A stretch of DNA of 64,000 nt. It comes from an uncultured Nitrososphaerota archaeon. GTDB lineage: Archaea; Thermoproteota; Nitrososphaeria; Nitrososphaerales; CADDZS01. Shown one piece after another: positions 51,314 to 61,878 of the stretch. The stretch lies in the NCBI GenBank assembly GCA_963799845.1, contig CAWCYI010000006.1:800001-864000 (forward strand), written 5' to 3'. The notes under the pieces are model-generated. The model searched no databases and was not told the origin of the DNA. It saw only the letters and a program-made list of their open reading frames with translations. The first letter of the stretch is position 1. Every line of letters begins with the position of its first letter. The position numbers and the translations under genes are program-made.

Positions 51314-52299
51314 AGTAATAGTTTTCGAGTCAGTGGTTTCGATAATAAGTGTAACTTTTCTTGTAGTCAGAAAAATGAATGTGATCCATTCGATTCGATT
51401 TAGAAAATACGTTTCGGGAAGCTTGAACGGGACGGTTGCAGCTCTTCGTTCTCTTACTTCCTGCTATGATCTTAATGGAAAAATAAACTGGGATAAGATC
51501 AATCTTCCTGAGGAAGGGGAGAAGAAAAGACTAACCTCCCGCGTCAAAACAGCTCCGAGAAATATGGGCTCTTGGGCACATATTGCTCCTTTTGCCTATT
51601 GCCTAGAGATTAACTAATTTAGGGCGAGTGGGGAGATCTCGTGAAAGAACTGTAAGAAAACTTCTGAGATCATTGATAAGTTGGTTTATGCCTAATAGTC
51701 AGGAAGCCACTGCGGAACAAAAAGTAAACAAGAAAAGCGAGAATTGGAACCAGGGTCGCAACTATGGTCCCCAATGGGAACACCGGCGCGGGCAGCGTTG
51801 AGCTATACGTCACGCTCAGACCTCTATAATCGACTTTCGCTAGGAAACAGTTTGTCACTCTGAAAGACCTCCGATAGTCGTCGAGTCTTACCCGGTATGC
51901 ATTGCGTCATAGTCTTCCGATTTCATAAGCGATTTTTCCAAATACAAGGAACACTATGACCGAACCAATGGGGTAGATTGCTTCCATTGCAAACCAGTAA
52001 TTCGCGACGAGAATCAGATGGAGGTTCAATACTTTCGAAATGTCGTCGAGATCATCCAGTCCGAGAAGTGAGAGATAGATCAGCAGGGCTATTACAGCGA
52101 GGAATGAAGGAAAGCAGTTTTTTATCGGTGCAAAATGGACACATCGGCTCAGCGAATCGCTACGCGAAGATTAGCAGCAACGAGATTTCTGTGAGGTCCT
52201 ATCCAGCCCGTCCTATTGGGTTTTCATTGCTGATACTTGAAAGATAATGTTAGATCCTAAAAAATTCCCTTCAACTCGACGATCCCGTTCAATGCGTTT

Positions 52300-52400
52300 C
52301 GAGCTCTCTAAGCTCCGTTCAGCTCGTTTCAAGCTCTTCTGAGCTTACAGAGCTTGATTTGAGCTCTTCACTCGGAAAACACGCCCCGTGTGCGAACGCA
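52300..52400 (+). repeat. Phased AGCT-array element, copy B
   Basis: AGCT at 52302, 52311, 52321, 52332, 52342, 52351 and 52362, followed by TCGGAAAACACGC. Confidence 0.85.
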
Positions 52401-52635
52401 AGAGAAAATCGTGATCTGTAACCTACAGCTCTCTAGTAAAGGAATGAAATATGCTACGAAATTTTCAGAACATCCTCGAAAACTCGAAAATCCAGTACGA
52501 AACGATCAACTCGACGATTGTCGAGTGTGTCCGCTCAAATGCATTTCAGAACCAGAAAAGGTGCCTCTCAGTCTCAAATTGAATTCTGACACTCGATTTC
52601 CGAGCGTACGCCAACTTCCCAATAATCTTTGACGA

Positions 52636-53547
52636 TTGAATGAATCGGAATCCGCTATAATTGAGGAAATGCTTTTACACCAGATTCCCGCTGGCGCGCT
52701 AAATACAAGAGATGCGAGTGCTGTGTTTCGAAAAATTTCTTCTATCATGGGATTAAGTTTTATTTTCATCCTGTTTGCAGCCTCACCCTTTCTATCCGTC
52801 TCAGCCTTTTTCAGCCCGTCAGGCGCAGCTCCGATGACACCGGTAATCCAACCGTCTATCACCGGAAGTAGCGTATCGAGCTTCAACTGGGCTGGTTATG
52901 CAATAAAGGAGGCGAAGGATACCGTGACTTCAGTACGCGGCTCTTGGACGCAACAAGCGATTACCTGTCCGTCGGCAACAACATTAGAAGCCGCAGCCTT
53001 CTGGGTTGGAATTGACGGATTTTCTTCCAAGACAGTGGAACAAACTGGAACGCTCGCTCTTTGTACAGGAAGTGGTACAACTCCTGAATACTATGCTTGG
53101 TACGAATTTTATCCGAAACAACCCTCCATAGTAGATATAACAACAGTCACCGTGTCGCCTGGAGATGCATTTACAGCGAGCGTTACTTATTCTACAAGTA
53201 CAAGCAAATTCACAGTTACAATAGCGGACACGACAACAGGCAAGTCGTTCACGCACACCCAGGGAGGAAAAGCAGTTCGTAGTTCTGCCGAGTGGATAGT
53301 CGAGGCGCCCGGCGGTGACGCACAAACTGCATCGGGATTGTATCCATTGCCCAACTTTGGCACTGCTTCGTTTACTAGCGCTTCCGCAACCACAACTGCG
53401 AGCTCCGGCAACATTCGAAGCTTTGGAAGTGCTGACCAGAAAATAACGATGGTAGCTGATCCGTCGTTAGTTACGATGGCATCTCCGTCTGCATTGAGCT
53501 CTGGTGGGTCAAGCTTCTCCGTTACTTGGGACAATTCAGGCCCTTAG
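52636..53547 (+). CDS. Secreted glutamic peptidase, family G1 (eqolisin; Peptidase_A4)
   Basis: SFNWAGY, FWVGIDG, VEQTGT (catalytic Q), YYAWYEFYP, VSPGD, SAEWIVEAP (catalytic E), LPNFG; true start probably downstream of 52636. Confidence 0.93.
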   Translation: MNESESAIIEEMLLHQIPAGALNTRDASAVFRKISSIMGLSFIFILFAASPFLSVSAFFSPSGAAPMTPVIQPSITGSSVSSFNWAGYAIKEAKDTVTSVRGSWTQQAITCPSATTLEAAAFWVGIDGFSSKTVEQTGTLALCTGSGTTPEYYAWYEFYPKQPSIVDITTVTVSPGDAFTASVTYSTSTSKFTVTIADTTTGKSFTHTQGGKAVRSSAEWIVEAPGGDAQTASGLYPLPNFGTASFTSASATTTASSGNIRSFGSADQKITMVADPSLVTMASPSALSSGGSSFSVTWDNSGP

Positions 53548-53866
53548 GTTGGAGAGTTATTTGCCTCGGTGGGGAAGCGCGATAGCTTCCAGAAATCAAG
53601 CAGTCTGACTTCTTTACATACATATCCCGCAATATCTTTACTCTCGTTCCTTACATTCTTCTCGCGGTTCTGCTGTACACGGTAAGTCTGAAGATCCTGA
53701 AAGTTTTGAGCGACGAAGATCGTCGATTTCTATCGCACGTTATTCCAGGGCCGCTTCAATGGATACTGCGTTATGTTTAGGGTCTTGCAAGACGAATCAC
53801 CTATTAGATAATTGTTTACGAAAAGGTGTACCTCTTTTACTATTAAGATGGCTGTATCTCTAAATT

Positions 53867-56203
53867 TTGTCGGTTTCTGGGCTCGAATCTGTTCTGAATC
53901 TTTATTTCGGGGAGGATACGCCGAGTCTATGGCGGATATATTTGAAAAATATTGCGGAGAAACACGCGCTGGCGATTAGCCGTATAATTCTGGTCGTGAT
54001 CCTCGTCATCATCATAGTTGCTGCCGGCGCCGGGTACATCTTTCTGAACCAGCATCAGACCACGACAAGCTCTCAAACTAGTACCTCTTCATCTTCCCAG
54101 TCAGCTTCCACTTCTTCCGTCTCATCCACCACTACTGTGTCTTCGAGCCCTGTTAACTCAAGTTCATCTGCTTCCAGTACTTCATCTTCCTCATCAGGTT
54201 CTTCTATCACTTCATCGTCTACGACTTCGAGCTCATCAAGTCTTAAAATACCCTCGGTTCTAACTTACGAAAGTTCATCTTCGCCACAATTTCTGGATCC
54301 AGAAGTTTCGTTTACCGCTTACGACTTTAACATAATGCAGAACGTATACCAAAGCTTACTTTACATCAATCAAACAAGCAGCGGTGGTGCGGTAAACGTA
54401 CCGTGGCTCGCTCAAAACTATACAGTTTCTTCTGATGGTATGACGGCTAATTTCACTCTGAAGAGTGGGATTACTTTCGCGGATGGCGAACAAATGAATT
54501 CGACGGCTGTTTACTTTGATGTCAATCGCTACTTAATCGAAGATGGTAGTTCTCCATACGGGCACGGAACGCAGGCATCGTACATCATTCAACAGTTGTT
54601 CAATACCAGTCTAAGCTCTGTTCTAAGCGGCCAGCCCCAGCCATACAATCAAACGTGGGTCAATGAAGTCTTAGCGGAGGATGCTGTCCAGATTACCGGC
54701 CCTCTGACGTTCACTTTTCACATCCAAAATCCCAATGCAGCCTTCCCCTATCTGATGCTCTTCACGACAATGTTGCTTGCTCCTAACTATGTGACGCAAC
54801 ATGACGTAGCTCTTTGGAACCAGTCGAGTAACGGCTATACTTTGCCCTATCCAACTCTCAGCGGCAATCTCACCAACAGGATCTACCAATATTTCGTCGA
54901 TGAAGTTTCTACTTGCAATGCGGGTGCAACACCAAAAGGCTGCGGCACGACATACCTCGATGGCTCTTATAACGGCTCGCTCGCAGGTACCGGACCGTAT
55001 GAGATTCAGAGCGCGAGCCAAACCACGGGCGATGTCGTTCTAGCTGCAAACCCTCACTACTGGGGCTGGACTCCAATGCCCAAGACGTTAAGTGGACCAG
55101 TTCCCGCGTTTCAAACAGTGGACATCAATTACGTTCCAACGATAACCACCAGAGAGGTTGACCTTCAGGCCGCGGCCGCCTCGGGAAGAGCGATGACTAT
55201 TGACCTAACTGGTGATCATCTATACGACGTCGCGGATCGAAGCGCGTGGCTCGCAAACGGAACTCTCCAATCAATTCTACCGGGAGTGAGCCTTTACGGG
55301 CCTTACACTACACACGCGACTCTCTACGAGCCGTTCGACATGAACGTGACTAATCCCTTGACGGGCAGCTATTACACATTTCAGCCGTTTGCTGATAGGC
55401 GGCTCAGGCTTGCTTTCGCCGACTCTGTAAACATGACCGAGATCAATACGGATTCCAACAATAATCTGGGAAAAGTAGCAAATGAAGCAATCCCGCCCGG
55501 TTTGCCGCCCGTCGGATCGTACAATAGTTCCATCACGCCTCTGTACTCCTTTAACACAACAGCAGTGCAGGATCTACTTTTGGCTGCGATGCAGCATCCT
55601 CTCACTCAATTCAATTTCTTCAATGGCACTGCCGCGCCTCTGGGATTCTTCAACAACACGTTTGGGTGTTCTACTCTGGACTCTAGCGGACAGTGCGCGC
55701 ATCCTGTAACGCAATCGATCACTCTGGCTTACTACGTCGGAGCTCCGGTAGATCCTGCGGTTTTCGAGCAAATGGCTACAGTGATCAATAATGTAAGCGA
55801 TACCTACAACATGGGATTGTCTGTAAGCGTAGAACCGTTGCCTCTTGGCCCCTTGTTTGGTCAGGGACTTTCCGATGAGCTCTACCTTTATTCTAGCGGT
55901 TACTACGGAGCATACCCTTGGGTGACGGATTTTCTTACTGTCGCATTTAATCCGTTTAGCGCAGCGGATGGCTTCAATATTGCCACCGTTAATTCTCTGC
56001 TAGCGCAGTCCCAGAAAGCAACAGCTTCAAACAACGTGACCGGACTAATAGCCGTCACAAACGCGATCAACGAATGGGCAAACCAGGCAATCATGTATGT
56101 GTGGACAATCAATCCTGTGTCGTTCGCCGTCTATACATCAAACGTCCAAGGATACTTCAACAATCCGTACTTTATCTCCACCTATTTTGCGACTCTCTAC
56201 TAG
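53867..56203 (+). CDS. ABC transporter substrate-binding protein, family 5 (peptide/oligosaccharide), with S/T linker
   Basis: TM anchor, Ser tract, QFLDP, NVYQSL, PWLAQNYTVSSDG...FTLKSGITFADG, GTGPY, NPHYWG; start probably TTG ~53942. Confidence 0.9.
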   Translation: MSVSGLESVLNLYFGEDTPSLWRIYLKNIAEKHALAISRIILVVILVIIIVAAGAGYIFLNQHQTTTSSQTSTSSSSQSASTSSVSSTTTVSSSPVNSSSSASSTSSSSSGSSITSSSTTSSSSSLKIPSVLTYESSSSPQFLDPEVSFTAYDFNIMQNVYQSLLYINQTSSGGAVNVPWLAQNYTVSSDGMTANFTLKSGITFADGEQMNSTAVYFDVNRYLIEDGSSPYGHGTQASYIIQQLFNTSLSSVLSGQPQPYNQTWVNEVLAEDAVQITGPLTFTFHIQNPNAAFPYLMLFTTMLLAPNYVTQHDVALWNQSSNGYTLPYPTLSGNLTNRIYQYFVDEVSTCNAGATPKGCGTTYLDGSYNGSLAGTGPYEIQSASQTTGDVVLAANPHYWGWTPMPKTLSGPVPAFQTVDINYVPTITTREVDLQAAAASGRAMTIDLTGDHLYDVADRSAWLANGTLQSILPGVSLYGPYTTHATLYEPFDMNVTNPLTGSYYTFQPFADRRLRLAFADSVNMTEINTDSNNNLGKVANEAIPPGLPPVGSYNSSITPLYSFNTTAVQDLLLAAMQHPLTQFNFFNGTAAPLGFFNNTFGCSTLDSSGQCAHPVTQSITLAYYVGAPVDPAVFEQMATVINNVSDTYNMGLSVSVEPLPLGPLFGQGLSDELYLYSSGYYGAYPWVTDFLTVAFNPFSAADGFNIATVNSLLAQSQKATASNNVTGLIAVTNAINEWANQAIMYVWTINPVSFAVYTSNVQGYFNNPYFISTYFATLY

Positions 56204-56224
56204 CGGAGCATCGCCGTATTTTCC

Positions 56225-57553
56225 TTGAAGACCAAGGCTCCGAGCCGAAAGAGAGTCCGGCTCGGAAATGACTCGGGAAGAAAATATCTGTGCATACGAG
56301 CTGGAACGCTGATCGATGGTCGCATTAAAGGCCCGGTCAAGAATGTCACCATCATCATAGCGGGAAAAAAAATCAAATCAGTAGTGGCGGGTGAATCGGT
56401 TCCGAAGAATGCAGTAGTAATCGATGCTTCGGAAGGAACCGTGCTTCCCGGGCTGATCGACATGCACGTTCATGTCGGAAACAAACGGCAGTTGGAGCTG
56501 TTTTTGGAGTACGGAGTGACGTCCGTCCGGGACGTAGGAAATAATCTCGGAAAAATAAAAAATTTTAGAGATTCTGTTGCGAAAGGCAAGTTGATCGGCC
56601 CCAGGATCTTCTTTGCGGGACCGCTCATCGACCATCTTCCTGCTAAAGTGCGAAAGAACGAATTTTTTCCTGATATGAACGTTGCAGTCAATAACGAAAA
56701 GGAGGCGGCCAGGGTAGCAAACCGACTCATGAATCAGGGAGTAGACTGTCTCAAAGTCTATCAAAACATGTCCTCAAATCTGATCGGTGCTGTCGTCAAC
56801 GAAGCGAAAAAGAGAGGCATTCCAGTGGCTGCGCATTCCGGGATCGGTTCGACGATCGGGGAAGCTGTGAAGGCCGGAATCACCACCGTCGAGCATGTTC
56901 ACAGGATGGCTACTGAACTCGCACCGACGGTTCCAAAAAAACCTCTGATTACGGGGCCATTTTCGATGATGCGTCCTTGGGCTGGAGTCGACTTGGGCTC
57001 GTCAGAAGTTAGTAATCTGATCAAACTCATGCTAGACAAGAAAGTGTATTTTGATCCCACGCTTACCGTTGTCGACAAGTTGGCAAAGTCAAACGATCCG
57101 CATTTACTGAAGGATTCTGATTATAGAAAGCTCGATCCGAGTGAGAGAAAGAAATGGGACAAAGAAAACGAGGCGTTCCTCGAAAACGTGAACGATGAAG
57201 ATTTTCTCGAAGCCGGGAAGGCTCTGGGGGTAGCCGAAGGCTTTGTCGCTATGGCGTTTAAGTCCGGTGTGAAGATCCTCGCAGGTTCTGACAACGGAAT
57301 GCCGTATGCTGTCGCCGGAAAATCATTACATGAAGAACTGCATCTTTTAGCGGAATCAGGTATTCCAAAGATCGAAGTTCTCCGCGCTGCCACGATCAAC
57401 GGAGCTTTTGCGCTTGGGCAGGAAAAAGATCTAGGGTCGGTTGAACCTGGAAAACTTGCCGATCTCTTAATCCTCAAAGCTAACCCGCTAGATGATATCG
57501 CGAATACGCTAGAGATTTCGCATGTCATCAAAGATGGCGAGCTTGTCGAATAG
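56225..57553 (+). CDS. Amidohydrolase-family protein
   Basis: PGLIDMHVH, GVTSVRD, LKVY, AAH, VEH, AGSD, GSVEPGKLADL. Confidence 0.93.
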   Translation: MKTKAPSRKRVRLGNDSGRKYLCIRAGTLIDGRIKGPVKNVTIIIAGKKIKSVVAGESVPKNAVVIDASEGTVLPGLIDMHVHVGNKRQLELFLEYGVTSVRDVGNNLGKIKNFRDSVAKGKLIGPRIFFAGPLIDHLPAKVRKNEFFPDMNVAVNNEKEAARVANRLMNQGVDCLKVYQNMSSNLIGAVVNEAKKRGIPVAAHSGIGSTIGEAVKAGITTVEHVHRMATELAPTVPKKPLITGPFSMMRPWAGVDLGSSEVSNLIKLMLDKKVYFDPTLTVVDKLAKSNDPHLLKDSDYRKLDPSERKKWDKENEAFLENVNDEDFLEAGKALGVAEGFVAMAFKSGVKILAGSDNGMPYAVAGKSLHEELHLLAESGIPKIEVLRAATINGAFALGQEKDLGSVEPGKLADLLILKANPLDDIANTLEISHVIKDGELVE

Positions 57554-57603
57554 TAGTTACCCGGCTCATGTCCTCGATTTTTTTGCGCTCTAACTCTCGA
57601 ATG

Positions 57604-59649
57604 TTACCACGATCTAATCAATCGATGATTAACGCTGTAGAACATTGATGGACCCATTAAGAAAACCGGTACGCGCTTTTCGTTCACTATTATTTTTCCA
57701 TCATAGGTTGCATTTTTTCTCTTGTCGAAAAGAGAATATTCCTGTCCAGCGGAGGGAAAGGCTAGATCTCCTCGATCCTCTTCATTGCGAGACCTGATCT
57801 CAAGAATAGACTCACTGAATTGAAGGCCGAGTTCCACATTTACAGCGATGAGATCTGAGTTTCTTACTTCATTGCTCAGGCCATTCATGTCATTCCCGAG
57901 CTGGAAGTAAGTCCCGGCAAACCAGGGACATCCTACGAGTAATGGTCTTTGGCCCACATGCCAAGAGAGTGTTGGTTCCGCCGGAAGTCCTGCTATTGAC
58001 TCGTGAATGTGCAACGTCGTTCCATCTTCCTTATCTTTCGTTATTTGGAGCTCGCTCCTCCCTTCCGACCGGTCGGCTCGAAACTGAAAACACCGCAATC
58101 CAAGATGGTCTTCGGCAGGTTCAATTACCATCTCAAAATAATCTGTGAAGGGTGGAGCATTCAGAGACACTCGGGATTTGATCATAGTGGGCCTTCCATC
58201 TGATCCATGCACTACGCTCACTTCTTCTTGCCCTAATTCAATGTCGCCAATCTTAATCTCGTACAGAAAATGAGCTTCTCCCTGTTTACTGGGTACTCCG
58301 AAATCAGAGGGCGATAGGTGAGCTCCTGTTACATAGGATTTGGTTAGAGCATCTAGTTTCTGCTCCAGCACCGACTTTTCTAACCATTCGCCCCTTACCA
58401 TAACACCTCGAAGTTTCGTCGAAAGCACCGACACGTCATCCAGTGGGTTTGCATCAAGAAGGATGAGATCCGCCCTTTTACCAGTCTCGATCGTCCCGAA
58501 CTCTTTCTCGGCATTAAGAAACTTTGCAGCGTCCGCAGTACCTGCTTTGAGAGCTTCGCATGGGGAAAATCCCGCAGAAACAAGATTGCGAAGTTCTTTG
58601 TGAATTGAAAAGCCGGGAACAACAAAGGGATTGGGCGTGTCGGTGCCAAGCAGGAATTGGGCCCCCTGTCTGTGAAGAGAAGTCGTGAGCTCAATCAATA
58701 AGGCGTTACGTTTTTCATAAAGTTCCATCTCGACTTCTTCCGAAATTTTACTACTCGTAGAAGCTTGTAGGGAAGCTTTCCAATCTTCCATCCAGATCGG
58801 AGGAACATACCGCATTTCATCTTCTTGGACGAGGTCTTGTCTGATTTGTTTCGGTGCAAGAGCTGTCTGGTAGACGACGAGGGTCGGGCAATTCCAAGTG
58901 CCTGAACGCGTTGTAAGTTCAGTTAATGATGGTATTGCCGACTTGTCCACGAATTCTACAGACCTGAGACGAGCTTCAGGGTCGTGCTCGTTCCTGACAG
59001 GAGAATCTTCAAGCTGAAGAGCCTCGAGATACCCACTCAAATGTTCGATAGAAGATTGGCCCAACTCAATCGCCCCTTTCAATCCGACAGAATAAGGAAT
59101 GTGACCGACGAACCGGATGCCATCCGTCTCCGCCTCTTTAGCGATCGCTTCGTAAACTTCAGCTGAAAGTCTGTTGTATACTTTCAGAAAATCGTATCCA
59201 ATTGACTTTTGGTAGGAAACCTCTTCCTTTACCTCGCCGACATCATCAATTACTCTGCATGAGCTCCAAATTGGCGGCGATCCGTCGATCAGAGGCCCGG
59301 TAGTGTAAATTGTCGGTCCGAGCATTTCACCTCGGGAGATCATCTTACGCCATGCTAGATGCCGAGGGCTGCCCCACATGTTCCTAATGGTGGTTACTCC
59401 ATTTGCAAGAAAGAGAGTAAATTCCGATTCCGACCAGTTGTGAACGTGCATGTCGCAGAGTCCAGGCATGAGAAACTTGCCTCGGCAGTTTTTTACCTGA
59501 ATAGCGTCAGAGGGGAGAGAAATCTCGTCCGCGGGTACTATTGCGCTGATTGTTTGACCTTCCACGATGACGGTTTGATCCTGAAGCACCACGTCCCGGT
59601 CCATGGGGACTACGTTTACTCCAACGAAGGCAATATGCCCGATTGACAA
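57604..59649 (-). CDS. Amidohydrolase-family protein with ~240-aa C-terminal extension
   Basis: PGLCDMHVH, GVTTIRNM, LKVY, VGH, IEH, GTD, GTIETGKRADL; extra beta-rich domain. Confidence 0.9.
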   Translation of the reverse strand: MSIGHIAFVGVNVVPMDRDVVLQDQTVIVEGQTISAIVPADEISLPSDAIQVKNCRGKFLMPGLCDMHVHNWSESEFTLFLANGVTTIRNMWGSPRHLAWRKMISRGEMLGPTIYTTGPLIDGSPPIWSSCRVIDDVGEVKEEVSYQKSIGYDFLKVYNRLSAEVYEAIAKEAETDGIRFVGHIPYSVGLKGAIELGQSSIEHLSGYLEALQLEDSPVRNEHDPEARLRSVEFVDKSAIPSLTELTTRSGTWNCPTLVVYQTALAPKQIRQDLVQEDEMRYVPPIWMEDWKASLQASTSSKISEEVEMELYEKRNALLIELTTSLHRQGAQFLLGTDTPNPFVVPGFSIHKELRNLVSAGFSPCEALKAGTADAAKFLNAEKEFGTIETGKRADLILLDANPLDDVSVLSTKLRGVMVRGEWLEKSVLEQKLDALTKSYVTGAHLSPSDFGVPSKQGEAHFLYEIKIGDIELGQEEVSVVHGSDGRPTMIKSRVSLNAPPFTDYFEMVIEPAEDHLGLRCFQFRADRSEGRSELQITKDKEDGTTLHIHESIAGLPAEPTLSWHVGQRPLLVGCPWFAGTYFQLGNDMNGLSNEVRNSDLIAVNVELGLQFSESILEIRSRNEEDRGDLAFPSAGQEYSLFDKRKNATYDGKIIVNEKRVPVFLMGPSMFYSVNHRLIRSW

Positions 59650-60032
59650 GCTAGAAAATCGACTTCACAAAAATTAACGTTGCAGCTAAAATCCAGATTT
59701 GGGAAATGATCAGAGATCGCGTGGAGCACGACAGTTTGAACTATTAAGGAAATCTACAAAGCAGGAGAGCGTATGCCTGATGTTATCTTAATTTTCTCTG
59801 CTGGTCACGGGTATTTGCGTGATGCACAATGGAAAAAAGTAATCGACATTCTTCAGCCAAAAAGTGCTCACGTGTGTAGAAACGCAGAAAAAAATGGTTT
59901 CGTTATCATTATCGGACCCGTTGCCCAAAATTATGTCACATTCAATAGACTCACCGTCAGCTAAAATAATTTCCCCATGTCAAATTCGCTTCGGTTTAGG
60001 CGAAGCATGCGACCTCATTTTGGTGCGCATTT

Positions 60033-60095
60033 GACCGTGCGAGAAAGTGTAGTTTCGGTATACTAATTTCCGGAAAACAGAGACCGTGCGAGAAA
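60033..60095 (+). promoter_or_regulatory. Two identical 14-bp direct repeats upstream of a TATA-like box (candidate operator)
   Basis: GACCGTGCGAGAAA at 60033-60046 and 60082-60095; ATATTAATAT at 60101; APC gene starts at 60135. Confidence 0.6.
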
Positions 60096-60134
60096 ACGAA
60101 ATATTAATATTGGCGGGGTTTTTTGCACGAGGCA

Positions 60135-61776
60135 ATGCCGGAAGAAAAAACGCTTTTTCTCAGGAATGCATCTGGGCTTGTTCGTAGTTGGCGTATATGG
60201 GACGGTTTCATCTACGCGGTCTACGCCGACAGCATTATCGTCGCCGCAGCTTTGACATATGCGATTGCTTATCCTTGGCCCGAAGGAAACATTCCTCTTG
60301 CAATTGTTCTTACTACGATCTCGATCATTCCGTTGACGATTGTTTATGCAATGCTGGCATCAGCGATGCCGAGAGTTGCTGGGGATTACGTATGGCAAAG
60401 TCGCGCGATAGGTGGATTTGTTGGCTTTACTCTTTCGCTCGCTGGTCTCGCATTTTGGCCGTGGTTTTATGGAGCTGACTAACGTTTATCCGGGAACAGT
60501 ATCGGCTATTGCTCCCGCGTTTTCGCTTTTGGGCGGCTGGCTCAACAACGTCAGCTTGTCAAATCTCGCGACCTATCTTACAACTTCCTCGGGAATCTGG
60601 TGGGGCTTTGTCGTATTCGTTGCCTGGGCCACGTTCATAATGATTGCAGGAATGAAGTGGTATGCTCGCGTCCAGAGGATATCGTTCTACATTGGCATGG
60701 CTGCTGTTGTCGTCTGGGTCGCCGTCTTTCTGACTACGTCAAACTCGCAGTTTATTTCGAATTTCAATTCTTTCGTGACTTCCCATTTTCCGGGGTGGGG
60801 AGGAGCTGACCCATACCATTACATCCTCAACCAGTCGGCAGCGGGCGGGTACACCGGCGTTTCATTGAGTCAAACAAACCTGACCCAGACCTATATGCTC
60901 GTTCCGGTTATGGCATATGTCTATCTATGGGTTGTCTGGGCTGGTGGACTTTCTGGTGAGATTTCTGGTATTCAACAGTTGAAAAAATCGCTTACAATGT
61001 ATGTGGGATCGGCAATATTCGCGATGGTAGTCGGCGGGGGCGTCATACTCCTGACACTGCTAATGGTTGGCAACGGGTGGTTTTCTTCGGCGAATTTTCT
61101 GTATTATAATCCAGGACACACACCTGCCATGCCTTTCGCGCCTTTCTTGGGCTTCCTTTACATCGCGATGACAAAAAACCCCATACTATGGACAGTGACC
61201 ATAATCGGGTTCAACGCGTGGTTCTGGATATGGCCGACCAACAACTGGGTCTGGTCAATTAGAGCGTTCTTCGCAATGAGTTTTGACAGGGCGCTACCCA
61301 GTTGGTTCGGTCAGATTAATAATAAGACGGGAGTTCCCCTCAACGCAATCATACTCGTATCGGCCGGGTCGCTCGTGATGGGTTATCTATACAGCTTCAC
61401 TGTAGTAGCCTCGTACACTCTTGATGCTACTTTGGGGACTGCTCTTGCAATTGTGGGTACGACGTTCGCTGCGATAATATTGCCGTATCGGAAGAAGACG
61501 AAAGCGCTTTGGGAACAGTCGCCCGCCGCAAAATACAAGATTGGAGGCGTACCGGTGATAACCATCTGCGGCATTCTGACGTTTGTGATTCTCTGGATCC
61601 CACTGTACTTCCTGTGGGCGACTAATCCATTATACGGGGTGAACAATCCGACTTCGGGCTTATTCGTCGTAAGTCTGTTCGCCATTGCGGCAGCCATCTA
61701 TTTGATAATGAAATTCTATCGGAAACGTCAAAACATAGACCTGAATCTAGTCTTCGGCGAAATTCCTGGCGAGTAG
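60135..61776 (+). CDS. APC-family permease; frameshift near 60477
   Basis: LFLRNASGLVR, SAMPRVAGDYVWQSR, RAFFAMSFDRALP, FGEIPGE; removing one G in GCT-G-ACT joins the ORFs. Confidence 0.9.
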
Positions 61777-61878
61777 ACAATCTTCATTTTTGCTGTGATC
61801 GTGGGAAAGGGGGACTTTCTGCCCCTGTTGAGCAGTGAATCTTTTTAGAACAAAGCAGGAAACTGGATATACCATAGA

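Noticed and set aside
51330-52290. Short ORFs between the coxL-like gene and the G1 peptidase
   Set aside because: At most a decayed C-terminal anchor fragment (51670-51858); no family can be supported.
1071-60477. Programmed frameshifting or mass pseudogenisation in polX, GT4, GH27, coxL-like and APC genes
   Set aside because: No slippery sequences and both halves are well conserved; sequencing indels are more likely. Only the IS630 shift has a canonical slippery site.
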